A stretch of 34,990 nucleotides of DNA from Acidobacteriota bacterium (GTDB lineage Bacteria > Acidobacteriota > Vicinamibacteria > Vicinamibacterales > UBA8438). This document shows, piece after piece, positions 25,975 to 34,990 of this stretch. The stretch covers positions 1 to 34,990 of the forward strand of contig JAYZGM010000321.1 in the NCBI GenBank assembly GCA_036336225.1. Direction: 5' to 3'. The notes beneath the pieces are model-generated. The model worked only from the letters and a program-made list of their open reading frames with translations. It was not told the DNA's origin and made no database searches. The position numbers were made by a program, and so were the translations under genes. Position 1 is the first letter of the stretch, and every line of letters begins with the position of its first letter.

Positions 25975-27740
25975 CGCACGCCTACATCGGCTTGGCGTGC
26001 GTTGGGCCGCGGTCGCAAAATCGCGTAGGTAGGAAGACCGATGCCCTCTAGATGTTTCAACACTTCTCGAGCGGGCGAGGCGTCAAGGTCTTCGGCTTGG
26101 AACTTCACCTTGACGTAGTCCTCCAGACCGGCTTCCACCGCTGGGGCTTTGAGGGTCGTCCGGTCCATCGTGAGGCAGTTCTTGCACCACGTTGCCCACA
26201 TGTCCACGAGGACCAGTTTGTTCTCGGCCTGTGCCGCGGCCAAACCTTGCCCCAACGAGGCGTGCCAGCCTTCCTCGAGAAGCTCCTGCACGCTGTCGGC
26301 GACCTCCGTGGGGTCGACCCACCGTTGGGCGAACAACCCGTAGCTCAAGTATCCGTAGTAAATCGCGGTGCCAAGGATAAAGACACCGAAGGCATGTTTG
26401 ACATGCACCATCCACGCGCCCGGTTTGGGCATCAGTGACAAGCCCGCACCGGCCACCGGCCACGGAAGCGCCATCCCGATACCAAGAAAGAATGGGAGCG
26501 CAAGAGCCACCGTCGTGCCGGTGCCATACAGATTGCTCGAGAAGACGATGACCTGGATGACCACTGGGGCGACACACGCGCCGGCCAGCAGAGCGGCGAC
26601 CGCGCCCATGCCGAAGGCCACGACAAACGACCCGGCCTGATTCGAGCCGGTCGTGAACTTGGATTGGAGTCGTGAGAAATCGATTGCGAGTACGTCGAAC
26701 ATGGCAAGCCCGAGCACGACGAAGAGTGCGGCGATCCCGAGATTGAACCAGGGTGAAGAGTTGATCGTACCAAACGTGCCAGCGGTCAGAATGACGATGA
26801 GCCCGAGCACTCCGTAGACCAACGCCATGGCGAGACCATAGGTTCCGCCGAGAGCGAACCCACGCATCCGCGACTCGGCCTTGGCGCCGGCGCCAATGAT
26901 GGCGAGGTTGATGGGAATCATCGGCAAGACACACGGGGTGAGATTGAGTGCGAGTCCTCCCACCAAGATCAGCGCAAGGATGGCGAGTGGGCCACGACCC
27001 TCGAACCAGCCCTGTCCGCCCTCGCCTGACTCGGCCGATTCCTTGAAGCCCAAAAACGCCTCGGTATCCAGATACCCGCCCGTACTACCGAGCATGTCGA
27101 AGTCGTCGAGGGCGGTCATCACGGACACGTCGTCGAGCACCGGGATAGTGTCCGCCGTCGGGGCGGGTATGGGGTCGGTGGCGGCGTCAGCCATCGTGAG
27201 CCCAGCAAACAGATCGGCTCGCACAGTGGTGAGAGACTGCGAGTCAGGGGCAACCGTGATGTCGAACTGAATCGGGGCGTTGGTCGGGTTGAAACACATC
27301 CGGTCATTGCAGGCCTGATAGCGCAATGTCGCCGGAAGCGCGTAGACACCGGGTGCGACGGAGGCGTCGACACGCAACTCTGCCCCAATGACGAACTCCT
27401 CCTCGAAGACGGCCAACGGCTCTACTTGTCCTTCCAGCCCGACGAGGATCGAGTCTGGGAACGCGACCCCCGCAAGTGCGAACCCTCCAGGTGGGTCGAG
27501 CGTCAAGATCGTCGGGATCAGGAGATCATCAAGCGGCGTATTGGAGTTGACGTGATACCCGGGCTCCAGCGTGACTTCGAGACCTAGACGGGCGGAGGAG
27601 CCGGCGTGTACAGCATCTGTCTCTGCCACCGGGTGTATCGTGACCTGGGGCGGCTGGGCGTAGCCCGTTGTCGCCACGGTCGCGACAATCGTGGCCAACG
27701 TGCTCTGTCGCCACCAAACGTTCCACGTGGTCCAGCTCAC
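25971..27740 (-). CDS. dsbD: Thiol:disulfide interchange protein DsbD (N-terminal DsbD-alpha, CcdA-like membrane core, C-terminal thioredoxin)
   Basis: N-domain YQACNDRMCF, membrane core LNLTPCVLPMIP and C-terminal VDMWATWCKNC. I prefer GTG 27740 (GGGAGG 6 nt upstream, followed by a signal-like WRQSTLATIVATVATTGYA) over the ORF-track start at 27935. Confidence 0.9.
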   Translation of the reverse strand: MSWTTWNVWWRQSTLATIVATVATTGYAQPPQVTIHPVAETDAVHAGSSARLGLEVTLEPGYHVNSNTPLDDLLIPTILTLDPPGGFALAGVAFPDSILVGLEGQVEPLAVFEEEFVIGAELRVDASVAPGVYALPATLRYQACNDRMCFNPTNAPIQFDITVAPDSQSLTTVRADLFAGLTMADAATDPIPAPTADTIPVLDDVSVMTALDDFDMLGSTGGYLDTEAFLGFKESAESGEGGQGWFEGRGPLAILALILVGGLALNLTPCVLPMIPINLAIIGAGAKAESRMRGFALGGTYGLAMALVYGVLGLIVILTAGTFGTINSSPWFNLGIAALFVVLGLAMFDVLAIDFSRLQSKFTTGSNQAGSFVVAFGMGAVAALLAGACVAPVVIQVIVFSSNLYGTGTTVALALPFFLGIGMALPWPVAGAGLSLMPKPGAWMVHVKHAFGVFILGTAIYYGYLSYGLFAQRWVDPTEVADSVQELLEEGWHASLGQGLAAAQAENKLVLVDMWATWCKNCLTMDRTTLKAPAVEAGLEDYVKVKFQAEDLDASPAREVLKHLEGIGLPTYAILRPRPNARQADVGVR

Positions 27741-27957
27741 TGCTTGCCTCCCGTTACTTGCGGTCCGGCGCGCGCCGTCATTGCGTGAGACGCCAAGATC
27801 CACCACGACGTCGCCAGGATCTTGTCCAACGTCTCTCCTGGTAACACGGCAGGACGCCACACGCGGTGCCGTCGTGCCGATGTCGTCCGGTGTTTGACTC
27901 TCAGTCGGGGACTTCGACACAAATGTGAAACTCATATCTTACACGGAGCCTGTCGCG

Positions 27958-30732
27958 CTACCGATCAATCTGCGCCAGCGCGCGCTCGTCCTGGTTGACG
28001 AGCACGCGTCGCACCGGTCCCACCGTCTGGATTCGCATTTCGCTTACGCGATCGGTCACCGGGACGACGACCGAGACCGTCTCCCCGGAGCGATACTCGA
28101 GATCGACGGTGACGGGGAGGTCGAACAGCCGGTCGGTGAGCTGTTCAAACCGGAGGACGGTGGTATCGTCGTCAGCCGGGTCAGGGCTTGTAGAAAACTG
28201 AAGATGCGGCAGTTCGGATTCATGAATCCAGCGGTCGAAGAACCGGCTCAGTGACCGGCCGGCCTCGATCTCGAATGCGAGCTGTAAGGCGTCGGTGCCC
28301 GCCTTTTGAAACCGCCATTCGTGATAGAACTGCCGAAGTCCGGCAAAGAAGGCCTCGTCCCCGATCAGCCCCCTGAGCATATGAAGGACCATCGCCCCCT
28401 TGTTGTATACGAGGGCGCGGAAGATACGTGGTTCTCCCTCGAGATGTCCGAGCCGATAGCCCAGATAGACCGGTCCCTCAGACGAGTGCCGAATCGCCCA
28501 TTCTCGCATCTGTTCGACGATGTCGTGGAACACCTGTGGACCGGCATCATGCTCGGCATAGAGCGCGGCGAAATATTGCGCCAGTCCCTCGCTGAGCCAT
28601 TGCTCGTGATAGTTCTTCCAACCGACCGCCTGTCCCCACCACTGGTGCGCGACTTCGTGAGCCAAGAAGAACGGCGAATATCCGCTAAAGCTCACGGGGT
28701 CGGTCCGCCAAGAGATGATAAGACCAGGTTGTCGCGGGAGCTCGTGATTGAGCAACGCGAAATACGCCGGGCTATGCCCCCCCGGGAGCCGACTATCGGT
28801 CAGCGTCACGGTCATCGAAGGGTAGGGTAGATCCCCGAGCAGCGACGCGTAGAACGATGCGATATCGGCGGCTCGCTGGGCGGTGGAATCGATGACACCG
28901 ACGCTGCGGCGACTGCCATACGCGTCAACTGACAGTGTGTCGTAGTAGACCCCACCGGTCTCGCCCGCCGGTGAGGGCCGGAGCTCGGGAGTCTCCAGGC
29001 TCACATGGTGCACCGGGGCCTCGTGCTGGTCAAACTGTGAGATTAGCGTTGCCAGATATCGGGTGGGTTGAAGTGTCACGAAGGAGAATTCGCGCCGCTC
29101 GGTGTCCGCAGTCCCGGCGACCGGTGGATTGGTATCCACGGGACTACCGCTCGCGACGATGCCCCAGCCTGGCGGGGCTGAGAGATTGAGGGTGGCCGTG
29201 GCGTAGTCGGCCACCAGGGCTTGGGGATACCAGTAGCTCCGATTGCTATACAAATAGCGCGGCTCGCCGAGACCAAAGAATCCCTGGGCCTCAAAATAGA
29301 AACGTTCAATTCCGATCCAGTTCTCGTCCAGCTCTTGAGAGGCGAGGACCCCTTCGTAGCTCACTGAGACCGTGAACTCGGTCCCACCGGGGATCTCGGT
29401 CGGCAAGTCGACAATCAAGTTGTTCTGACCGTTCATCCGGTAGAAGAGCAACGGCCCGAACTCGTTGGAGGTGACCGACGTCACGGTGAGTTCATCGGCC
29501 AAGCGCAAACTGAATCTGGCGACCGGGAGCGTCTTCGCCCGAAGGGCGAGACGAGTCGTGCCGGCGATGCGACACCCAATGAGCTCACGCACGGCGCTGA
29601 GGCGCTCTTGCCGATATCCCAGCGGCTCGATCGCGGCCGTGACGTCATAATCCACGACATCCAGCGACAGCGAGTCATCGTCTCCAAAATAGCGACCCCG
29701 AGTGGCTCGTTTTTGGGCTGACGAATAGAGGGCGATGATGCGGTTGGTCTCACGCTCAAACAGCGAGATGTCCTCGGGCTGTTGGCTCGACTGGGTGTAG
29801 GTCAGCAGGCCATGTCGCTCGGTGTCGATCTCGGCGAGAAAGTCCCCAACCGCAGGCTGGAGTGACCATACCCGGTCGCTGATGTCGGAGAGGTTGAGTG
29901 TAAACGAGAGGGGAACATGTCGATCGAACACGGCTTGCGCATCACTCAGTAGTCTCGGATTCACCGGTTGATTCTGTAGAACCGTCGAGACCCGTGACCG
30001 GAACATGTCCGGGTGCATCCGTACGAAGGCGGTCTCGAATTCGGTCTCGAGGGTGTTGCTGCCGCTCAGGATCCGCACCTGCCCTTGTTCGCTCTCGGGC
30101 TGCGGGGTGAAACGCAGAACCCCCTGACCGAGTAGTACCAGACCGGTCACACCGTCTTCGGTCTCGGAGACGAACGCGGTCCCCTCGCGCATCGTTAGCG
30201 AAAGGTCTTCACCTGTTACCGCCAGATTGTTCGCAGCGTATTGCGTGGTCGGTGTCAGTGTCAGGTCATAGAGACCGTCGATGGAGTCGACCTGCGATTG
30301 AGCGTGTATGCGCCATCCCGGTTCGTCGGTCCGGATGACATCGAGCTGCCAGGTTTCTAGGCGTCCTCGTGAACCAGACTCAAAAAAGAGCTCGGCCATG
30401 ATCCGATAACCGTCACCCTCGGGTATGTCCTCAAGCGGGGTTTGGAAACGAGGTGTAATCGTCAGGCGGTCCACCTCGGCGCGGAACCGTTCGGTGGCAA
30501 ACGCGGTGGCCACATCGACATCGGCGTCGGCGGACACGAGCGCGAGATACGCGGCGGGGTCGCCGGTCAGCACGGCGTCGTGAAGCGCGTCGACGAGCGG
30601 CTCGTATCCGATGTCCGAGGGTTGTGCCACCACCGGCGCTGCCAGCAGGAAGAGCACAACCGGGACATGGATCCAAGGCCGGGTTGGATGTCGGCCGCCG
30701 ACCGAGATCGGAACCCGGAACGCTGTAACCAT
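27958..30732 (-). CDS. Secreted M1-family-like zinc metallopeptidase (HEXXH-X18-E) with large N-terminal region
   Basis: FLAHEVAHQWWG...WLSEGLAQYF gluzincin signature. Signal peptide VPVVLFLLAAPVVAQ. GGHSP occupies the position where aminopeptidase N has GAMEN. Confidence 0.82.
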   Translation of the reverse strand: MVTAFRVPISVGGRHPTRPWIHVPVVLFLLAAPVVAQPSDIGYEPLVDALHDAVLTGDPAAYLALVSADADVDVATAFATERFRAEVDRLTITPRFQTPLEDIPEGDGYRIMAELFFESGSRGRLETWQLDVIRTDEPGWRIHAQSQVDSIDGLYDLTLTPTTQYAANNLAVTGEDLSLTMREGTAFVSETEDGVTGLVLLGQGVLRFTPQPESEQGQVRILSGSNTLETEFETAFVRMHPDMFRSRVSTVLQNQPVNPRLLSDAQAVFDRHVPLSFTLNLSDISDRVWSLQPAVGDFLAEIDTERHGLLTYTQSSQQPEDISLFERETNRIIALYSSAQKRATRGRYFGDDDSLSLDVVDYDVTAAIEPLGYRQERLSAVRELIGCRIAGTTRLALRAKTLPVARFSLRLADELTVTSVTSNEFGPLLFYRMNGQNNLIVDLPTEIPGGTEFTVSVSYEGVLASQELDENWIGIERFYFEAQGFFGLGEPRYLYSNRSYWYPQALVADYATATLNLSAPPGWGIVASGSPVDTNPPVAGTADTERREFSFVTLQPTRYLATLISQFDQHEAPVHHVSLETPELRPSPAGETGGVYYDTLSVDAYGSRRSVGVIDSTAQRAADIASFYASLLGDLPYPSMTVTLTDSRLPGGHSPAYFALLNHELPRQPGLIISWRTDPVSFSGYSPFFLAHEVAHQWWGQAVGWKNYHEQWLSEGLAQYFAALYAEHDAGPQVFHDIVEQMREWAIRHSSEGPVYLGYRLGHLEGEPRIFRALVYNKGAMVLHMLRGLIGDEAFFAGLRQFYHEWRFQKAGTDALQLAFEIEAGRSLSRFFDRWIHESELPHLQFSTSPDPADDDTTVLRFEQLTDRLFDLPVTVDLEYRSGETVSVVVPVTDRVSEMRIQTVGPVRRVLVNQDERALAQIDR

Positions 30733-30749
30733 GCATCAATCTTACCCCG

Positions 30750-30772
30750 CGAGCCTCATTCTCCGAGGCTCG
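30750..30772. promoter_or_regulatory. 8-bp perfect inverted repeat CGAGCCTC-attctcc-GAGGCTCG in a divergent promoter region
   Basis: Read directly from the sequence. It lies in the 76-bp gap between the peptidase start (30732, minus) and the ACT gene start (30809, plus). A TTCTCGG direct repeat follows at 30773-30779 and 30782-30788. Confidence 0.3.
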
Positions 30773-30808
30773 TTCTCGGGCTTCTCGGTGCAGTGATATC
30801 CTCCGATC

Positions 30809-31192
30809 ATGGCGATTCGCACCGAACTCACGTTGCGGTTGGACAATTCTCCGGGCGCAATGGCCCGTGTCTCGGAGGATCTCCGCACCGAGAAGGTCAA
30901 CATTGTGGCGTTGAGCCTCGAAGCTACCGGCACATTGCACCTGGTGCCAGACAATCCGGTGCACGCCGCCGGACTGCTTCGGGGGCGTGATTATGAGGTG
31001 GTCCAGCGCGATGTGTTGTATATCCCGTTGCCAAACGGCCCGGGAGCCGTCGGTGCCATTACCCGCATGCTGAGCGTCGCCGGTATCAACATCCTCTACG
31101 CGTATGCCTCTGCCGTCAGCGGTCACGAGAGGAGTGCGCTCGTCGTCGCGGTCGATGATGCGCAGCGGGCATCCACTGCGGCCGGGATGTGA
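30809..31192 (+). CDS. Tandem ACT-domain protein (small-molecule binding regulatory protein)
   Basis: 127 aa with two ACT-like beta-alpha-beta units (LTLRLDNSPGAMARVSEDL and YIPLPNGPGAVGAITRMLSVAGINI). Confidence 0.7.
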   Translation: MAIRTELTLRLDNSPGAMARVSEDLRTEKVNIVALSLEATGTLHLVPDNPVHAAGLLRGRDYEVVQRDVLYIPLPNGPGAVGAITRMLSVAGINILYAYASAVSGHERSALVVAVDDAQRASTAAGM

Positions 31193-31230
31193 GGCCCCGG
31201 CCTCATGCCAGCGAGTATCGGTGCGGCGAT

Positions 31231-31437
31231 ATGACGAACCTACGACTCTGTGTGGACACGATGGATGCGGTGCTTGTCGACTACGAATCCGACGGGCGGG
31301 TGAAACTTGAGGACGAGGAATGGACGACGCCGACGTTGCAAGAGCGCAGGGCCATCCTGCACGCGGCCCAGCTTGAAATCGAGCGACTGCAGGATCTGAT
31401 ACTTGTCTTGGATCCTGATGACACGTCAGGGCCCTGA
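31231..31437 (+). CDS. Hypothetical small acidic protein (68 aa)
   Basis: ATG 31231 lies within ORF 31189..31437. It has a predicted helical C-terminal half (LQERRAILHAAQLEIERLQDLI), no SD and no family that I recognise. Confidence 0.3.
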   Translation: MTNLRLCVDTMDAVLVDYESDGRVKLEDEEWTTPTLQERRAILHAAQLEIERLQDLILVLDPDDTSGP

Positions 31438-31460
31438 TCGTCCGCGACCCACCGTTGCGT

Positions 31461-33848
31461 TTACTCTTCTTCCGTGTCCTCGACGTCCAGGTCTTCCGTG
31501 ACCGGGCTTGGCTCGACCTCAAATTGGAGGGAGTCCTCCGACAAACTAATTCGCACGGTGCCGCCGTGCTCGAGACCCCCAAAGAGAATCTCATCAGTCA
31601 GGGGGTTGCGAACCTCGGTCTGGATAAGACGGGCCAGCGGTCGGGCGCCATACGTGGGGTCGTAGCCCTTGTGGGCGAGCCAGGCCCGTGCGTCCGGTTC
31701 CAGGGTGATCGCCACACGTCGCTCGGCCAGCTGGGTCTCGAGCTGCAGAATGAACTTCTCGACGATCGTCTCGACGACCTCGGAGGTCAGACTGTCGAAC
31801 GTGACGGTTGCATCCAGCCGGTTCCGGAACTCGGGGCTGAAGGTGCGTTCCAATGCCGCCTTGGTGCGACCCTTCCCTGCCGCATCACGGTCGTCGCCAA
31901 AGCCGATCTGGGCGGCGCTCATCTCGCGCGACCCCGCGTTTGAAGTCATGATCACGACAACCTGCCGGAAATCTGCCTTCCGCCCGTTGTTGTCGGTCAG
32001 CGTGGCGTGGTCCATCACCTGGAGGAGCACGTTGTACACGTCAGGATGGGCCTTCTCGATTTCATCGAGAAGCAACACCGCGTAGGGGTGAGTCCGTACG
32101 GCGTCGACCAAAAGACCACCCTGCTCGAATCCTACATAGCCAGGTGGCGCTCCGATCAGTCTCGCCACGGAATGCTTCTCCATGTACTCGCTCATATCGT
32201 AGCGAAGAAACTCATTCCCGAGATGGATCGCGAGCTGTTTGGCGAGCTCGGTCTTCCCCACGCCAGTCGGTCCGGTAAACAAGAAACACCCGGCCGGGCG
32301 GTCTGGTTGCCCGAGTCCCGCGCGCGCGCGCTTGATGGCTGTGACCACTGCTCCGACCGCGTCATCTTGACCAAACACGACGCGCCGAAGCGCTTCACCA
32401 AGGGTACGGAGTCGCTCCTTGTCCGAGGCGCTGGCCTGTTTCTCGGGAATCCGGGCCATTCGCGCTAGGACGCGTTCGATATCGGCGGCGGTCACCCGGG
32501 AGATCTCGGGCGCTAGGACTGCGGCCTCGGTTACGATGGTTCCGTCGCCGTCTGCGTCCGATTCGGAGGCGACGGCAATTGGTACCGGCTCTGGGAGGGC
32601 GCCACTGGCCACGGCGAGCTTGGCACCGGCTTCGTCGAGGACGTCGATCGCGCTGTCGGGCAAACGAGAGTCGCGAAGGTGCCGCCCGGCTAACTTTGCG
32701 GCCGCGCGTAACGCGCCATCGGTGAACCTGACGTGATGGTGCTCCTCGTATCGCGAACGTAGACCCTTCAGGATCTGAACCGTTTCATCGACACTCACTT
32801 CCTCGAGCACGATCTTCTGGAGTCGTCGAGCGAGTCCGCGGTCTCGCTCGATCTGTTTAAATTCGTCAAAGGTGGTCGATCCGATCACCCGTAGCTCCCC
32901 GGTGACCAGCACCGGCTTGATCAGCGTGGCCAGATCCATCGTGCCACCGGTCGTGGCACCCGCCCCCACCGCGGCGTGGACCTCGTCGATAAAGAGAATG
33001 GGCATCGGTCGACTGGACAACGCATCGACCACCGCCTTAAACCGTTCCTCAAAATCACCCCGAAATCGGGTGCCGGCGAGCAGTGCGGCGGTGTCGAGCG
33101 AGAAGACCTCGGCGCCATTTAGCCGCGTCGGGACACCGTCTTCGAGGAGCCGACTGGCAAGCCCTTCGGCGAGCGCCGTCTTGCCGACCCCGGCGTCGCC
33201 CACGAACACGGGGTTGTTCTTGCGCCGACGGCATAGGATCTCCAACGCGCGTTGAAGCTCCTCGGACCGCCCGATGAGGGGGTCGAGCTTTCCGCTGCGG
33301 GCGCGTTCGGTGAGGTTCACGCTAAACGCGGTCAGGGGGTCGCGGGTGGTCGAGGGGCCGTCACGCGTCTGTCCAGCGGGGGCCGGTTCTGCACTCGGAG
33401 CTCCATGGGGGGGGGACACCTTGGAAATGCCGTGAGAAATATAATTCAACACGTCGAGCCGAGTGATGTCCTGAGACTGCAAAAGCTCGGCGGCATACGA
33501 GTTCGGCTGCTGGAGAATCGCGGCCAACACGTCGCCAAACCGGACCTCGTCTTTTCCCGCGCTCTGCACATGGAGCACGGCGGTTTGCAGGACACGTTGA
33601 AAAGCCAGGGTTTGATCCGGCTCCCGGCTCCGAGCACCTCGCGAAAATTGCTCGAGTGTGCCCAGGAATTCGTCGAGCGAATGACGTAGCGCCGGGAGGT
33701 CGCCCCCACACGCCGCCAGGATCTTCTCGCCTTCCGGGTCGTGCGCGAGGGCGTAGAGCAGGTGCTCGAGCGTCAGGTGGGTATGACGTCGTGCGGCCGC
33801 CTCGCGATAGGCGACGTTCAAGATCAGTTCCAGCGCGGCACTAAACAC
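31461..33848 (-). CDS. clpA: ATP-dependent Clp protease ATP-binding subunit ClpA
   Basis: Clp_N repeats and two AAA+ modules (GDAGVGKTA / LFIDEVH; GPTGVGKTE / LLLDEIEKAH). There is no long middle coiled coil, so I call ClpA rather than ClpB/C. GTG start lies directly after the clpS stop, with the SD (GAGGAGGAG) formed by the ClpS C-terminal EEE codons. Confidence 0.95.
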   Translation of the reverse strand: MFSAALELILNVAYREAAARRHTHLTLEHLLYALAHDPEGEKILAACGGDLPALRHSLDEFLGTLEQFSRGARSREPDQTLAFQRVLQTAVLHVQSAGKDEVRFGDVLAAILQQPNSYAAELLQSQDITRLDVLNYISHGISKVSPPHGAPSAEPAPAGQTRDGPSTTRDPLTAFSVNLTERARSGKLDPLIGRSEELQRALEILCRRRKNNPVFVGDAGVGKTALAEGLASRLLEDGVPTRLNGAEVFSLDTAALLAGTRFRGDFEERFKAVVDALSSRPMPILFIDEVHAAVGAGATTGGTMDLATLIKPVLVTGELRVIGSTTFDEFKQIERDRGLARRLQKIVLEEVSVDETVQILKGLRSRYEEHHHVRFTDGALRAAAKLAGRHLRDSRLPDSAIDVLDEAGAKLAVASGALPEPVPIAVASESDADGDGTIVTEAAVLAPEISRVTAADIERVLARMARIPEKQASASDKERLRTLGEALRRVVFGQDDAVGAVVTAIKRARAGLGQPDRPAGCFLFTGPTGVGKTELAKQLAIHLGNEFLRYDMSEYMEKHSVARLIGAPPGYVGFEQGGLLVDAVRTHPYAVLLLDEIEKAHPDVYNVLLQVMDHATLTDNNGRKADFRQVVVIMTSNAGSREMSAAQIGFGDDRDAAGKGRTKAALERTFSPEFRNRLDATVTFDSLTSEVVETIVEKFILQLETQLAERRVAITLEPDARAWLAHKGYDPTYGARPLARLIQTEVRNPLTDEILFGGLEHGGTVRISLSEDSLQFEVEPSPVTEDLDVEDTEEE

Positions 33849-34160
33849 TCACTCCTCCTCTAGCGTGGCCTGCAAGGGGAATCCCTCACTGCGGGCCAAA
33901 TCCTGGGTCGTCGCCACTTTTGTCTCGGCGACTTCGTGGGAATAGGTGCCGCACACGCCACGACCCTGCGTGTGCACCTGCATCATGATGCGATAGGCCT
34001 CGGCCGGGGTCTTGTGGAACACCGACTCGAGTATGTGCACCACGAATTCCATCGTGGTGTAGTCGTCATTGAGCAGGGTCACGCGATACCGCGTGGGGTG
34101 CTGCGTTTTCTGCTTGGTTTGTTCAAGCACGCCGTGGTCGGTGTGCGGATCTCGCACCAT
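33849..34160 (-). CDS. clpS: ATP-dependent Clp protease adaptor ClpS
   Basis: 103 aa with the core YRVTLLNDDYTTMEFVVHILESVFHK...AYRIMMQVHTQGRGVCG, typical of ClpS. It lies immediately upstream of clpA. Confidence 0.95.
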   Translation of the reverse strand: MVRDPHTDHGVLEQTKQKTQHPTRYRVTLLNDDYTTMEFVVHILESVFHKTPAEAYRIMMQVHTQGRGVCGTYSHEVAETKVATTQDLARSEGFPLQATLEEE

Positions 34161-34226
34161 AGGATTCCATCAGACTATGGAGTCCCGGGCGGCGTCAAGA
34201 TGCAGAAATAGTAAGATTTGGTCGCT

Positions 34227-34990
34227 ATGCACACGATTGCACGCGGCATCAGCTATATCGACCTTCAGTTTCTTGGGAAACCTCGCATCATTGCTACCGG
34301 CGTACTCCAGGGATCCGGGGGCGTCGCGTTGGTCGACCCGGGGCCATCTACGTGTCTCGATCGTCTGCGCGCCACCCTCAGTGAGCAAGGCATCGCCGTG
34401 GGCGACGTTCGCACGATCCTCTTGACTCACATCCACCTCGACCACGCCGGCGTTACCGGAACCCTCCTGCGCGAGTGTCCGGACATCCAGGTCTACGTGC
34501 ATGAGCGGGGTGCGCCCCACATGGTCGACCCGGCCAAGTTGCTGAACAGCGCGACACGGCTCTACGGCGCCGATATGGATCGGCTGTGGGGCGAGTTTCT
34601 TCCGGTCCCGGAATCAAATGTGCACAGCCTCGGGGGTGGGGAGCGGATCACCGTTGCTGACCGTCAGCTCGAGGTGGCCTATACCCCGGGGCACGCCTCA
34701 CACCACGTGAGCTTTCTCGACCGCGCCAGTGGGGTTGCGTTTGTCGGGGACACCGCGGGCATTCGGACGGGCGCAGACCTGTTCGCGATGCCACCGACCC
34801 CGCCCCCAGACATCGACATCGAGGTGTGGAAGACGAGTATCGTGCTCATCGAGCAATGGCAGGCTGAGACGTTGTTTCTGACCCATTTTGGCCCGCACCA
34901 GGGGCCGGCCGAGCACTTGGCGAGCTTACGCGCACACCTAGACGGGATGGCGGTGATGGCTCGGACGATCCTGGAAGGGACCGCGAGTGA
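34227..34990 (+). CDS. MBL-fold metallo-hydrolase (partial, runs off the window end)
   Basis: My own translation from ATG 34227 is open to the window end. It shows the HxHxDH motif (LTHIHLDHAG), then TPGHASHH and a later LTHFGPH. It is absent from the ORF track because there is no stop inside the window. Confidence 0.8.
   Translation, partial: MHTIARGISYIDLQFLGKPRIIATGVLQGSGGVALVDPGPSTCLDRLRATLSEQGIAVGDVRTILLTHIHLDHAGVTGTLLRECPDIQVYVHERGAPHMVDPAKLLNSATRLYGADMDRLWGEFLPVPESNVHSLGGGERITVADRQLEVAYTPGHASHHVSFLDRASGVAFVGDTAGIRTGADLFAMPPTPPPDIDIEVWKTSIVLIEQWQAETLFLTHFGPHQGPAEHLASLRAHLDGMAVMARTILEGTAS

Noticed and set aside
27741-27935. A 65-aa N-terminal extension of the DsbD ORF, from the ORF-track start at 27935.
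   Set aside because: The extension has no signal or TM character and looks non-protein-like. GTG 27740 has a GGGAGG SD at 6 nt and is followed directly by a signal-like segment.
30431-31594. A 387-aa minus-strand ORF covers the peptidase start, the ACT gene and the small ORF.
   Set aside because: It is Arg-rich junk with no motifs, and it is antisense to the ACT-domain gene and overlaps the clpA 3' end.

Overview
This is a high-GC bacterial chromosomal window, which I estimate by eye at 60-65% GC. It is densely coding on both strands and mostly housekeeping.

Gene order:
- parB
- an F1-only ATP synthase cluster (atpH-A-G-D-C)
- a PP2C phosphatase overlapping a Wzm/Wzt-type ABC-2 polysaccharide exporter
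- mfd
- a SurA-like PPIase
- an orphan NusG/UpxY-like paralog
- dus
- a cupin
- a regulatory island (about 16.2-21.1 kb)
- a PCYCGC-motif protein
- an orphan fabZ
- about 0.8 kb without a convincing gene
- a CHASE3-like/GAF membrane protein
- a DagK-family lipid kinase
- an M1-type peptidase, DsbD and a lipoprotein on the minus strand
- an ACT protein
- clpS-clpA
- a partial MBL-fold hydrolase

I recognised no rRNA, tRNA, CRISPR array, transposase, integrase or known defence genes.

The least ordinary part is the regulatory island. It holds an NtrC-type sigma-54 activator, an excisionase-type HTH protein and a 64-aa protein that looks like only the DHp (His-box) half of a histidine kinase. These are followed by a roughly 40% GC intergenic island with a consensus-spaced sigma-54 promoter (TGGCAC-N5-TTGCT), a FliA/sigma-28-family sigma factor with no flagellar context, and a convergent PAS hybrid histidine kinase.

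I read this as a candidate phosphorelay feeding a sigma-54 to alternative-sigma cascade. That reading is inference from sequence motifs only.

Other points worth a second look are the ORF-poor 0.8 kb region upstream of fabZ and two exact tandem duplications that straddle stop codons. All protein family calls come from motif recognition by eye. No searches were run.
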